Of a DNA stretch of 64,000 nt, positions 1 through 10,312 are shown in pieces. Position 1 is the first letter of the stretch. Each line of letters begins with the position of its first letter. The translations under genes and the position numbers were made by a program. The notes under the pieces are model-generated. The model had not been told where the DNA came from and searched no databases. It saw only the letters and a program-made list of their open reading frames with translations. This DNA is from Paraphysomonas bandaiensis (taxonomy: Eukaryota > Protista > Chrysophyceae): NCBI GenBank assembly GCA_965644295.1, contig CBFFRP010000059.1:1-64000 (forward strand), in the 5' to 3' direction.

Positions 1-141
1 GTAGGACTATCCACTTACATATAGAATATATACGTGTACATGTCCTGTATTATATGATTAGTAGTACAGTACTGTATTGTATACGTGTACCATGTAGTTA
101 GGAATACAAACTGTAGGGAATGTGATTGTTGGGATTAGCAA

Positions 142-253
142 TAGCCGTTGATATTGTAGACAGTATTATTAGCCGTTGATATTGTAGACAGTATTATTAG
201 CCGTTGATATTGTAGACAGTATTATTAGCCGTTGATATTGTAGACAGTATTAT
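142..253. repeat. Tandem repeat, 28 bp x 4 (TAGCCGTTGATATTGTAGACAGTATTAT)
   Basis: Identical units start at 142, 170, 198 and 226. Confidence 0.95.
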
Positions 254-327
254 TCATGATTCATTATACGATAATAATCATTATTTTGTACTTCTGTACT
301 TGGGTATTGCTTTGCACACATACACAT

Positions 328-642
328 ATGTATGCAAGCCCACAAAATGAACTCTTCGCAATACCAAAGACAAAGAAACCTCAAGTTCAAACTGAAATAT
401 CAAACATAGTAAAACAAATTGAAGGATATAAAGCCTTAATCAAAGACTTAGAAATACAGAAACGAAAAAAACAAGTTGAACTTCTCAGTGAAAGACAACA
501 AATATATTATAAGAATCCTATTAATAGAAACTTACCAAGTGAACAACTTGAAAAAACTAAAGCTTATGAGAAAAGACAAAAGCTATTAAAAGAATATGAT
601 GATTCACACGGTTCTTATATTAAACCTGAACAAGGCTATTAA
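328..642 (+). CDS. Hypothetical Lys/Glu-rich coiled-coil protein, probably the 3' part of a viral ORF
   Basis: Part of ORF 256-642; the composition changes to AT-rich K/E/Q codons at ~335 and the upstream part looks non-coding. Confidence 0.45.
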   Translation: MYASPQNELFAIPKTKKPQVQTEISNIVKQIEGYKALIKDLEIQKRKKQVELLSERQQIYYKNPINRNLPSEQLEKTKAYEKRQKLLKEYDDSHGSYIKPEQGY

Positions 643-705
643 TTTTTAAAACGTTACATATACATATGTATATATAATACTAACTAACTATAATGACAAC
701 ATAAT

Positions 706-873
706 TTATAAATTATACACTTTCTTATATTTCTCCATATTCATAATCATTGACTTCATCTCTTCAATCTCTTTATAACATTTCTTATGATATTCTCTTG
801 AATTCCAATCATTGTTTATTCTTTTTATAGTTTTACCACAATGTTCGCATTTTCTTTTAATTTCTCTAGGCAT
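706..873 (-). CDS. 55-aa Zn-finger-like protein (CxxC...DWxxRxYHKKC), not in the ORF track
   Basis: Manual translation: MPREIKRKCEHCGKTIKRINNDWNSREYHKKCYKEIEEMKSMIMNMEKYKKVYNL*. Preceded by a TATATA-rich leader like its neighbours. Confidence 0.7.
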   Translation of the reverse strand: MPREIKRKCEHCGKTIKRINNDWNSREYHKKCYKEIEEMKSMIMNMEKYKKVYNL

Positions 874-916
874 GATATATAATATATATATATAATATTT
901 TTTTAAATTGTTTTAT

Positions 917-1057
917 ATATTTTTGATAAATTATTTTGAAAAAATATTTTGAATAGAATAAATATTTTTGATAAATTATTTTGAAAAAATATTTTGAATA
1001 GAATAAATATTTTTGATAAATTATTTTGAAAAAATATTTTGAATAGAATAAATATTT
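917..1057. repeat. Tandem repeat, 45 bp x ~3, very AT-rich
   Basis: The GATAAATTATTTTGAAAAAAT anchor recurs at 925, 970 and 1015. Confidence 0.9.
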
Positions 1058-2577
1058 TTAATAATATGAACCTACATTTGATATTACTTTCGTTGGTGAT
1101 GTTCCTGAATTAGTATATATTATTGTTATTGTTTGTAATATTGTTCCTGAGGTTGTCACGTCGTCTATATTAACATTTGCTAAACCTCCTGATACATTTA
1201 ACGTTTCTGAAACTGTATTAACTTTTAAAGTGTTTATATATGCCTTATATGTTGATGTGTCTATTATAACAGAAACTGTGAAAGAAGTATTTGTTAAGTT
1301 ACTTGAATTAATATTCGTTATATCAAGTTCAAAATTTGTATCACTTGTTAAACCATTGAAATATATAATTGAACCATTGCTATAATTATATGTCAACACA
1401 TTTGAAGAAAACGTATATGTTGTGCTGATGGATTCGCTTATTTGTTTAGTTGTTATATTTCCTGTCATTGTTCCGCCTGTTAAATTCAATTTTGTATTTT
1501 CAAGTGTTGTAATATTGCCGTCTATTGTACTTAGCAAGTTATCAATTGTATCAGTAAATGTGGAGTCATAAACTAATCCAGAATCTAACTTATTATTCAG
1601 ATCGATTATATCATGTTTAGCATTTATATTATTTTGAAGTGTAACATCTTGAGTTTGTAAATTTGTTATGTCTGTATCGTTATTAGTAATCTGAGTTTGC
1701 AAGTTTGTTATGTCTGTATCATTACTTGCTATTTGAGCATTCAAACTAGAAATAATATTATCAATTGTGTCAGTAAATGTAGAGTCATAAACTAATCCAG
1801 AATGTAACTTATTATTCAGATCGATTATATCATGTTTAGCATTTATATTATGTTATGTAAGTGTAATTCTTATCATTTGAGTTTGTCAAGTTTGAAATAA
1901 TATTATCCAGTGTCATTAATTCAGTTGAATCATACAGTTAATGTAAGAATCCAACTTGTTATGTCTGTATCGTTGTTATTAATCTGAGTTTGTAAGCTTG
2001 TTATATCTGTATCATTACTTGCTATTTGAGCATTCAAACTAGAAATAATATTATCAACCGTGTCAGTAAATGTAGAGTCATAAACCAATGATGAATTAAG
2101 TTTATTATTCAGATCGATTATATCATGTTTAGCATTTATATTATTTTGAAGTGTAACATCTTGGGCTTGTAAATTTGCCACATCCGTTTGTAAATTAGGT
2201 ATATTAATTAAGTCTATATCTTGAAGAGCATCAAGACCGTTAAAACTTGCTGTTAATGTATTTAATTGTGATTGTATAGTTTCATTGGTATTTATACCGT
2301 CTAATGTTTGTATTTCATTTTCAGTGAGGTTTAATAATCTTGTATTTATATCTGACAACATATTATTTTTTGAATCTGTGAAAGCAACTGTTTGGGGTTC
2401 ATTGTTTATGGTTAAGTTATTACCATTCAAGATTTCAACGTTCGCTGTAAATTTAGCATTGTCTAATCTTGCATATTCCGCCATATTTAATATTACTCTT
2501 GCTGTTTCAATCTGTTTATGATTTTCTGCATTGAAAATAGCGTTATTGCTTGTTTTCGGCTTTGTATAAATTGACAT
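1058..2577 (-). CDS. Fibre/tail-fibre-like protein with ~73-aa coiled-coil repeats, split into ORFs 1930-2577 and 1058-1744
   Basis: Repeated QDVTLQNNINAKHDIIDLNNKL..YDSTFTDT..NDTDITNLQTQI blocks; a KLNLTGGTMTG fibre-type motif; beta-rich T/N/S C-terminal domain. The frame is disrupted in a scrambled stretch at ~1850-1955. Confidence 0.65.
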
Positions 2578-2681
2578 CTATATATAATATAACAACATTA
2601 TTATATTCTATAATTAAATTAGACTTCAAGGTTTTATAGGGTTTTTGCATAAATTTGTTTTCTTTTCTAATTATATATACA

Positions 2682-2945
2682 ATGTTAATCGATGTAATTA
2701 TTAAGTATAAAAAAAAAAGTGGCCCACTCTGTGTAGAACTCTTTGAATCATTAGACCATTCTAAATTTACCGCTCGTAGTGTACAATTCTTTAAAGAAAT
2801 AGACCATTCTAAATTTAACGCTCGTAGTTCTAACCCTAATTTGTTTTGGCATGATTATACAATAAATATTAAAGACTTTGAAGAATTTGTCATGCATTTT
2901 GAAGATGTGATCGATGTAATTAATGTAAGAATAAAAAATTACTAA
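2682..2945 (+). CDS. Small hypothetical protein of the virus-like region, with an internal duplication (DHSKFxARS x2)
   Basis: ATG at 2682 after a TATATA leader, in frame with track ORF 2655-2945. Confidence 0.5.
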   Translation: MLIDVIIKYKKKSGPLCVELFESLDHSKFTARSVQFFKEIDHSKFNARSSNPNLFWHDYTINIKDFEEFVMHFEDVIDVINVRIKNY

Positions 2946-3597
2946 AATTAAGGTTTTTTAAACAAAATTGGGGGTTTTTATTTCTAAAATTAAGGGTTTT
3001 TATATAAATCAAGGTTTTTATATAAAAATTGGGATTTTGTCGTTTTGTTTTATAGCAAAATGGCTGCTATGAGGGTTCCAAACCATTGTTGTAAAGGAAT
3101 TCCCCCAAAAATGGTTTGGAACCCTCATGCGTGTTAATGTGGTCCAAGCCTAGCATTAACAGTATTTGAATTCCATTTTTTTTCAGAAAAACGCTTTCTA
3201 TGTGGCGGCATAGGGTTTCGAACCAGGCTGAACAGAACTGCCGCCACAGATTCTACCCAGTAGGCCGAAACCACGTCTTTCCTAACCATCACAACATGAT
3301 TTAAATATATAAATGTAATATTTTTAGTCTGTATATTTTCTGTATTTTTGTGTTGTTTGTTGTGTTGTTGTTGTGATGCTGTTGTGTTGTTTATGTGTCT
3401 ACGAGTATATATATACATTATATATATATTCATTCATAATATTCATTGTCATTGTGTCTATATCATTGTGACATATAACAAGCATGGAAATAAAGGAAAT
3501 ATGATGATGTCATTATGAGTGCATATCAGGTATATTGTCTTTGTTTGGTTATATGTGTCGTATTCATTATATTCATTGTTATTGTTATGTAGGGCTC

Positions 3598-4104
3598 TTA
3601 TTCTCTTTCACAGGCATTTATGAAAACACCAAAGGCTTCATTTGCTTTTTTTATTCTTGCTTGTTTTGCTTCTTCTATTGTAGAGAAGTTTCCAAGGTGA
3701 ATTTTAATGCCGTCTAATTTTATTGACGCAAGCCATTTCTTATCTCTTTTGTGATAACATACGCCTTTTACTCCACATTTGTTTGCTTTGCTTAATTTTT
3801 GGTTATATTGATTCTCTTTTGCGGTTGCCCATCTCAAATTATTAACATTGTTGTCTATTTTGTTATTATTTATATGGTCTACATGGGGTTTATTTTCTGG
3901 ATTCGGAATGAATGTTAAAGCCACTAATCTATGGATCACAACTTTTTTTCGCTTTCCATTCATATAGAGACCAAGGTTATTATATCCGTTTCTATTTATT
4001 CCTTGTTTCAGTATCTTATCTGTCTTATTATTCTTTATATTTCCTTTGTTTGATATACTATAATTATTGTTGTAACCATCAATCACTTTCCATTCTTCAG
4101 CCAT
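3598..4104 (-). CDS. NUMOD4-HNH homing-type endonuclease with C-terminal AP2 domain
   Basis: EEWKVIDGY..YSISNKGNIKN (NUMOD4), HRLVALTFIPNPENKPHVDHINNNKIDNNVNNLRW (HNH), GVKGVCYHKRDKKWLASIKLDGIKIHLGNFSTIEEAKQAR (AP2). Confidence 0.92.
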   Translation of the reverse strand: MAEEWKVIDGYNNNYSISNKGNIKNNKTDKILKQGINRNGYNNLGLYMNGKRKKVVIHRLVALTFIPNPENKPHVDHINNNKIDNNVNNLRWATAKENQYNQKLSKANKCGVKGVCYHKRDKKWLASIKLDGIKIHLGNFSTIEEAKQARIKKANEAFGVFINACERE

Positions 4105-4195
4105 TATATATATATGTATATAATAATTTATTTTTAAACCATTTTATATATATTTAAATTAGAATTCAAGGTTTTATGAGTTTTTGCTTAAAGCT

Positions 4196-4760
4196 TCGCC
4201 ATTATATCACTACAACTACATTCCAGAGCTTAAAGCATATTCGCCATTATATCACTACAACTACATTCCAGAGCTTTAAGCATTGCCATTATACATTATT
4301 ATAAAAAAGTCATATAGATAACAAAGTAGATTTAATAAGTAGTTTTAATGGTAGAATCCCGGGGTTTTATAACCTTTACAAATTTAAATTATTTTTCATT
4401 TTAATTTTTCCCTCTCTCTATATCTACTATTAAATCTACTTATTAAATCTACTTTACTATCTATATTACTTTTTATTATAACAATATAAATAATATATAA
4501 AGTTATTAATTTTATTTAAGAATATAAATAATATATAAAGTAATTAAAAGTTATTAATAATATATAAAGTAATTAAAAGTTATTAATAATATATAAAGTT
4601 AAATTAGCAAAGAGAAGGAATTACAACCGAAGGTTGTAATTTGAAACTCTCAAGGAGAAGGAATTACAACCGAAGGTTGTAATTTGAAACACTCGAAGAG
4701 AAGAGGCCCCTTGAGGGGCGTTTGGGGGGTAGAAAAAAAGGCTTGCCCTTGTCCCGCCTC
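4196..4760. repeat. Non-coding block of direct repeats, a long imperfect palindrome and hairpins (candidate viral terminus or origin)
   Basis: Duplicated GCCATTATATCACTACAACTACATTCCAGAGCTT; AGTAGATTTAATAAGTAG and its reverse complement; AATTACAACC-GAA-GGTTGTAATT twice (4619-4641, 4662-4684). Confidence 0.8.
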
Positions 4761-5805
4761 TCCGTTTTTTTAAATGCGTTATAACAGTTTCATTTATTAT
4801 TTACCGAGATTCGCTCTATTATTACGAAATAATTTTTTACCATGTCAATTTTGTGCAAGTGTGTACTGCTTCCTGTAATTGCCTCATCGTGTTTATATAG
4901 TGGTTTCTAGTTTCTATAGATATTGAGTTAGTTAGTTAGGATTCCTCACAGATGTCCTAGCAGAACACATAGTAAGCAGCGAATCCGACAAGACAACCGC
5001 GGGCCCTCCGACTACTAGGAGTGACAAGACGGTCTGTGCCCTATACCCAACCCGCCCTAGTTCAACAGAGTCCTCCACATTTCGACAACTCATACGTCCC
5101 CCCACTTCGGACCCGATAGTGCCTCAGCAGAGAATCACAGCTAGGCGAATGACCATTTCCTCTCCTCTTCTAGCACTTTCACGCCCCGACACACGCCAAC
5201 CGCAACGTAGCCGACTCCGTCAGCTCTATTTACGTCCAACTTATACACTATAATCAGCGGCGCACAGAGACTCTACAGATTCTATGACTCCCATCTCCAC
5301 CTCGCACCATCTCCCTTTCCCTATATACGGGAGAACAGTATCCTCCCATATACCATATACCATATACATAACTCTAACCCTACCCTCTAAAGGGTGCCCC
5401 CCTGATTAACCGCACCTATTGACACTGAAGAACTACACGTCCGTGGGCAGTTCTCACACTTACTTAAGGACTCAAATATCCTGAAGTCAGCAGATGTCAG
5501 GTATATCAACATTCTGCTTGATTACTGCGTTTTCTTTGAGCAATTGAACGAAAGTGGTTGCGCCTTGGTGCTTGTGGTAGGCACTAAATGTTAGGAAATC
5601 ATAGCTAAGCACAAGTTAGTTAAATTATTCTTCTAGATTAGTTCTGACTCTTACACGCCTATTGCTAATAACAAGACATTCAGTACTAGATAGAAAGTAT
5701 TCGTAGCAGTAATTAACTTATGTGATGCACGATATCTGAGAATACCAGGTCTGATTGTTAAATATTTGGCTGCGTTTTACTGAAACTATTTACACGAGTG
5801 AAAAC

Positions 5806-5939
5806 CAGGGCCTTGTAACCGTTAATAGTTAATAGTAATGGCATTAATTGCCATTAATGGCCATTACGTTATTACTCTCATTATCGGGAACTGGACTACC
5901 AGTAATAGGCCATTGACGGATAACGGTGACCAGGCCCTG
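5806..5939. mobile_element. hAT-family MITE (134 bp)
   Basis: TIRs CAGGGCCT...AGGCCCTG; 8-bp TSD GTGAAAAC / GTGGAAAC (1 mismatch). Confidence 0.85.
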
Positions 5940-6417
5940 GTGGAAACTAGTTAGAGTAAACGACGGTATAAAGAATAAAGTATATTAATAGATCTTTATT
6001 TGTATATTTATTTTCTTCGTTGGCCTACGACACTTATTGACAAGGCTCAACTGTATACTTATCTCGAAAATTTGCATTTAGGAGTTCTAGAGTGTGCCGT
6101 AAAACATATGGCAGGTTAAGATAAAATAGAATACTTACAAATTTTTGTAGATAAGGAAATGAAAGTGCCCCTTATTACTGGATAATATTTCTTATATTAT
6201 GGATTTGTCTCACAGTTCATATTCATTTCTTATAATTGGTAAACAAGACAAGCACAATACACTGCATTGCAAACAATTAATACTTCTACATACAGCCTAA
6301 CACATAAGGGGTTCACAAATAGAACCCATCCAGAGTCAGAAACGACTTACAATGCTAAGCTCGCACGTGCATTAACAACCACAAAACACTGGCACGCGGA
6401 ATAGAAATGACACATTC

Positions 6418-7230
6418 CTAGATCATATCAAAAATGCGGTACCCCACCACATCATCCTTGTAGCTGTATGTATCCCTGTCGTAGCCAGGATCATTTACAA
6501 AAAGAGTATCGCCATCAGAGGAGTATCCCACCAGCAATACGAAATGACCACCATCATTTACATTGGCGATAACTACTCGACCATCCTCTAGATAAGTCGC
6601 CACAGTGTCGTAAGGGATGTCATTATTGACGTGAAAATCGTCGTCAGACCAGAAAATTCGAGTTGGGTCGATTTCAGGAACAACCCCTTCAATGAGATTA
6701 TTCCCACCATCATATCCTCCATTCTCCCGCAACCACTGGTTCAAGGTCTTCGAGGTAGAATCCACATCATGTCCTTCAATGGATTTAATAGGTATACCGT
6801 GTCCTGCAATTCCTACACACATACATATATATAAGTCAACCCAAACATATACAAATGACAATATACATACATATAAACGACGACTCATATACATATATAA
6901 GTGACAACACATACATATACATATACATACCCATAGCAGTGGATGACATGAGACAACCCACAGAACAAATAGTTTTAGTATCCATTATATCCTATAGATA
7001 AAAGTGAGTATATTATAATTAGTATGTTAAGATATGTATGTATGTATGTGTACCTCTGCCCATCGAGGATCACACTGGTTGAATAGAGGGTACTCCCAGG
7101 GGATAGTAGCATTACTGTTTATCTTTGAGAGAGATGCTTGAGTTAAAATAAGAAGAAATGGTGTACATATAAATATTTTGTACATTATTGATATGTGTAT
7201 GATGATGAGTGATGTGAGGGCTAGAAATAT
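6418..7230 (-). CDS. Peptidase C39-like (papain-fold) protein, multi-exon; start uncertain
   Basis: Spliced reading gives YPLFNQCDPRWAE|DIMDTKTICSVGCLMSSTAM|GIAGHG...GGHFVLLVGYSSDGDTLFVNDPG, with Cys/His/Asp motifs of C39-like peptidases and GT-AG introns. Confidence 0.75.
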
Positions 7231-7339
7231 AGATATATATAGATATATATATATGAGTATGAGTAACCCTGTAAAATGCGACGATATCTACGAGTAGTAC
7301 TGCTGTACATTGATCTACAGCAGTCTATAGGGAGTGTTT

Positions 7340-7460
7340 ATCGCTTTGTTCATCGTTTATTTCATTGAAAAGTCATCGTTTTTTCATTTAAAAGTCACTG
7401 TTTTAAACTTTTCACTGAAAAAACGATGACTTTTCAATCCATATGCACAACCACCCCCAG
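7340..7460. mobile_element. Partial palindromic MITE, same family as 39131-39309
   Basis: Shares TTCATTGAAAAGTCA...TGACTTTTCAAT and ATATGCACAACCACCCCC with the 39.2 kb copy. Confidence 0.75.
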
Positions 7461-7887
7461 ATGTTGAGGTATATACTGCAGTATGTATTTTGTTTGTATT
7501 GTTGTATGTATAAAGTTCTTACCTGTAGGTCGGTACTGCTGCTGGTACTGTAGTTATGTATGTATCTGTATGTATGCTACAGATACGGGAATTTCTCTCG
7601 TTATATGTAGCCTGGTACTACTGTTTTAACGTACATTTTAGCGACGTACGTCACTTAGAACTCTGTCCGAAAGTAAATAGTCATCATAAGGCTGAAAGCT
7701 TCACATCAACTCAACTCTACACACACAGCAGTGTGAAGGAACTGCCTGTCGATATACATGAAACAACTTGGAGTATATCAGCATCTCATTGAAAGAATAT
7801 ATACATTGATGCTGTAATTTATGTATAGCAATCAGGGCGATAGCTTAATATAATAGTGTTAATCTTTCTATCAATGGAGTTAAGGTA

Positions 7888-8520
7888 ATGGAAGAAACTA
7901 AAGAGGTTGCACATACAAATCCTGAAGTCAATACTAATACAACTATAACTGCACCTATTTTAAAGAAACGGAAAAGATCAACACGTAGTACACAAGATGA
8001 TAGTGGTAGTGATAATTCACGTGAGAAAAGAACTGTTCGAATATTTGAGTCCACTGAAAGTTCAGGAGGAGAATGTTCAGATGACTCGAGAGGAAATGGA
8101 AGCTCATCATCCGGTTGTGAAGATCATTCTTACGTAAATATCCGAGGGTCTGGATCTGAGAACGATCGCTCTCAGGTTGTGTATAGCTCCTCTGATGGGA
8201 GTTACACGACCTCTGAAAGTATGACCAGGAGATCAGTAGAAAATGAGGTGTATCAAGGTGATGTTTCACACTCAGAGTCTGCGCCATCATCAGAGTATGG
8301 AGGGAATAGCACAGATAACGAAGATATTAATGGTGTGGACATGACACAAGAGCCTACACATGTACATGTAGGTGCATTTTTTGGACGAGTAGATAGGGAC
8401 TTGCTAGATACAATAGATTTGGTAGAAATATTCACAGCCACCCGCGAACACGGGGACGATGAATCAATGACTTCCGGATCTGGTTCATCAGGGGATGCAT
8501 CTGGAGATGGATCGACATAA
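7888..8520 (+). CDS. Hypothetical Ser/Asp/Glu-rich low-complexity protein with basic NLS-like motif
   Basis: 210-aa ORF containing KKRKRS; AT-rich 5' codons like other host genes. Confidence 0.6.
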   Translation: MEETKEVAHTNPEVNTNTTITAPILKKRKRSTRSTQDDSGSDNSREKRTVRIFESTESSGGECSDDSRGNGSSSSGCEDHSYVNIRGSGSENDRSQVVYSSSDGSYTTSESMTRRSVENEVYQGDVSHSESAPSSEYGGNSTDNEDINGVDMTQEPTHVHVGAFFGRVDRDLLDTIDLVEIFTATREHGDDESMTSGSGSSGDASGDGST

Positions 8521-9163
8521 TTATTTGTTCTGCCTAAAGTACTTCGTAGCCTTGAATAAAGAAAATATAATGTTGATACAAGCGGTGGTTTTGTTGTTAC
8601 ATACTTCGTATTGATTGTTTTACGTTTGCAACCTGTAGTAATTGTAGGTCGATATTTTACACTACAGTATTAAAGTAATCAACATGTGAAACAAAAATTT
8701 GTTATATCAGTTTTCTTGTCTGCTGATTTCTGATTTACCATCACTACCGATAACCGATAAGTAGTTGACAGACTAAGAGCATTAAAACCTCATGCCCTTT
8801 GAATGCACCAACTGTAATACTACTAAGCAAGTCTATCACAGCTGCGATTTAGTGTTATGGTCGTCAAGTATATTATTATCTGTATAGTATAAGTATAGGA
8901 GATTGCATTGAAATATCTGATATAATCATGCTTAAGATGACTAAGATACATGATCTCATACTACTACAGCTGCTGCCAGAATATCATGCAGCCCTGACAT
9001 ATGTGCAAACATAACAGCAAGAGTAAAATAATAAATTGTCATTCAATCCACGACTTCACTTATACCTTCCAGTATATATATTACAGACTCACATGATGAA
9101 CAATGATTATACTGTCATATAACAAGAACAAAATAAAATATCAATGAACATCAATATAAGCAA

Positions 9164-10312
9164 TCACTTGCAATGCTTTTTGTAATATTTTGTGTTCGTT
9201 CTTTTCTTTCTAGTGTGTGACGCCTTTACATGAACATATCTGACTCGCAGTGCACACGCAACAGGCTCACCGTATCCAGTGGAATGGTAGAGGAAGTCTT
9301 CGTATGATTCTTCGTCATAGTCATCATGCTCTAGATTCCTAGCTGGATTTTCTGAAATATACAACTTACGAATATAAACTGTATCATCAGCGAGCATACC
9401 TGTGGTTACAACATGGGTTTGTAGAGACAGCTCTACCAGTTTACACGGTTCGGCAGAGTTCTGCATGTCATCGATAGCGAAGTCTTCATTTGGTATTGAT
9501 AACAGGGCGTCTTTGTATGAGAACGTAGGGAGTGTAGTATCTGAAGCTACTGAGAAGGATTCACTAATGATCTCCCATGAGTCATCGTTTTCACACTGGC
9601 TAGATTTGTCGTCCCCAACATGTGTCCAGGAGCATGAAGAGGACGGAGTGAGTGGTCGAGGAAATCCAGCAATAGGCAAATTCATCTGAGGTTGTAATGG
9701 TGGCCAATACATAGAATCAATTGAAAATGTAAACACTATATTAGTTCTGTGGGAGGAAATTAATGATCGCATTACTTCATAGCACGTTCCGAATGACATA
9801 TGTGTTTGCCATATATTCAAAAGGACGGACTTGTCGATGTGTGGAAAGGCTTCATAGAAATTCTCTATATTCTGGGTATCAGTTTTAATGATAATCTTTG
9901 AGTTCATTTCTGGCAGGGTATCAAAACATTGCATGACATCATCGTATAACACGGCGTCCACTATTATATCTTCTACAGTCTCCATCATAACCATTGGAAG
10001 ACGAAGAGCATCTTGCTTCTTCAATTCCTGGAGATAATGTTTATGATCTTGTATACGGGATTTAACTTCTCTCATTCGATCAATAGGATTAGGATTATAT
10101 TTATGTTCAACTCTAGGGATGATATGACCCCTATGAATGCGATCCTCTTGAGAGAAGAGAGTCAGACACCCATTATATGCATCTCGGGATGTGTACATAT
10201 TACGTATGAATGATACACTACAAGTTTTAGGGTTAAATATATGATTGTTGAGTGGAATTGTATGATAGACTGAGTAACAGTTCAAAGCCTCTGTATCTCC
10301 AGTTAGAAACAT
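9164..10312 (-). CDS. Hypothetical protein, possible CUE-like motif
   Basis: 382-aa open frame; ENFYEAFPHIDKSVLLNIW resembles the CUE FP motif (weak). Confidence 0.6.
   Translation of the reverse strand: MFLTGDTEALNCYSVYHTIPLNNHIFNPKTCSVSFIRNMYTSRDAYNGCLTLFSQEDRIHRGHIIPRVEHKYNPNPIDRMREVKSRIQDHKHYLQELKKQDALRLPMVMMETVEDIIVDAVLYDDVMQCFDTLPEMNSKIIIKTDTQNIENFYEAFPHIDKSVLLNIWQTHMSFGTCYEVMRSLISSHRTNIVFTFSIDSMYWPPLQPQMNLPIAGFPRPLTPSSSCSWTHVGDDKSSQCENDDSWEIISESFSVASDTTLPTFSYKDALLSIPNEDFAIDDMQNSAEPCKLVELSLQTHVVTTGMLADDTVYIRKLYISENPARNLEHDDYDEESYEDFLYHSTGYGEPVACALRVRYVHVKASHTRKKRTNTKYYKKHCK

Larger units (their letters stand above)
328..4800. mobile_element. Endogenous virus-like fragment (Polinton-like virus / virophage / phage-like), left-truncated
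   Basis: Much more AT-rich than the rest of the window; compact intronless ORFs with TATATA-rich leaders; fibre-like protein, NUMOD4-HNH-AP2 nuclease and small Zn finger; hairpin- and repeat-rich non-coding right end. No capsid, polymerase or integrase gene is visible, and the boundaries are approximate. Confidence 0.6.

Noticed and set aside
142-253. 28-bp repeats as a CRISPR array
   Set aside because: Head-to-tail units with no spacers.
3195-3290. tRNA gene
   Set aside because: A T-loop-like motif is present but no cloverleaf with D and anticodon arms could be built; kept only as a possible ncRNA.
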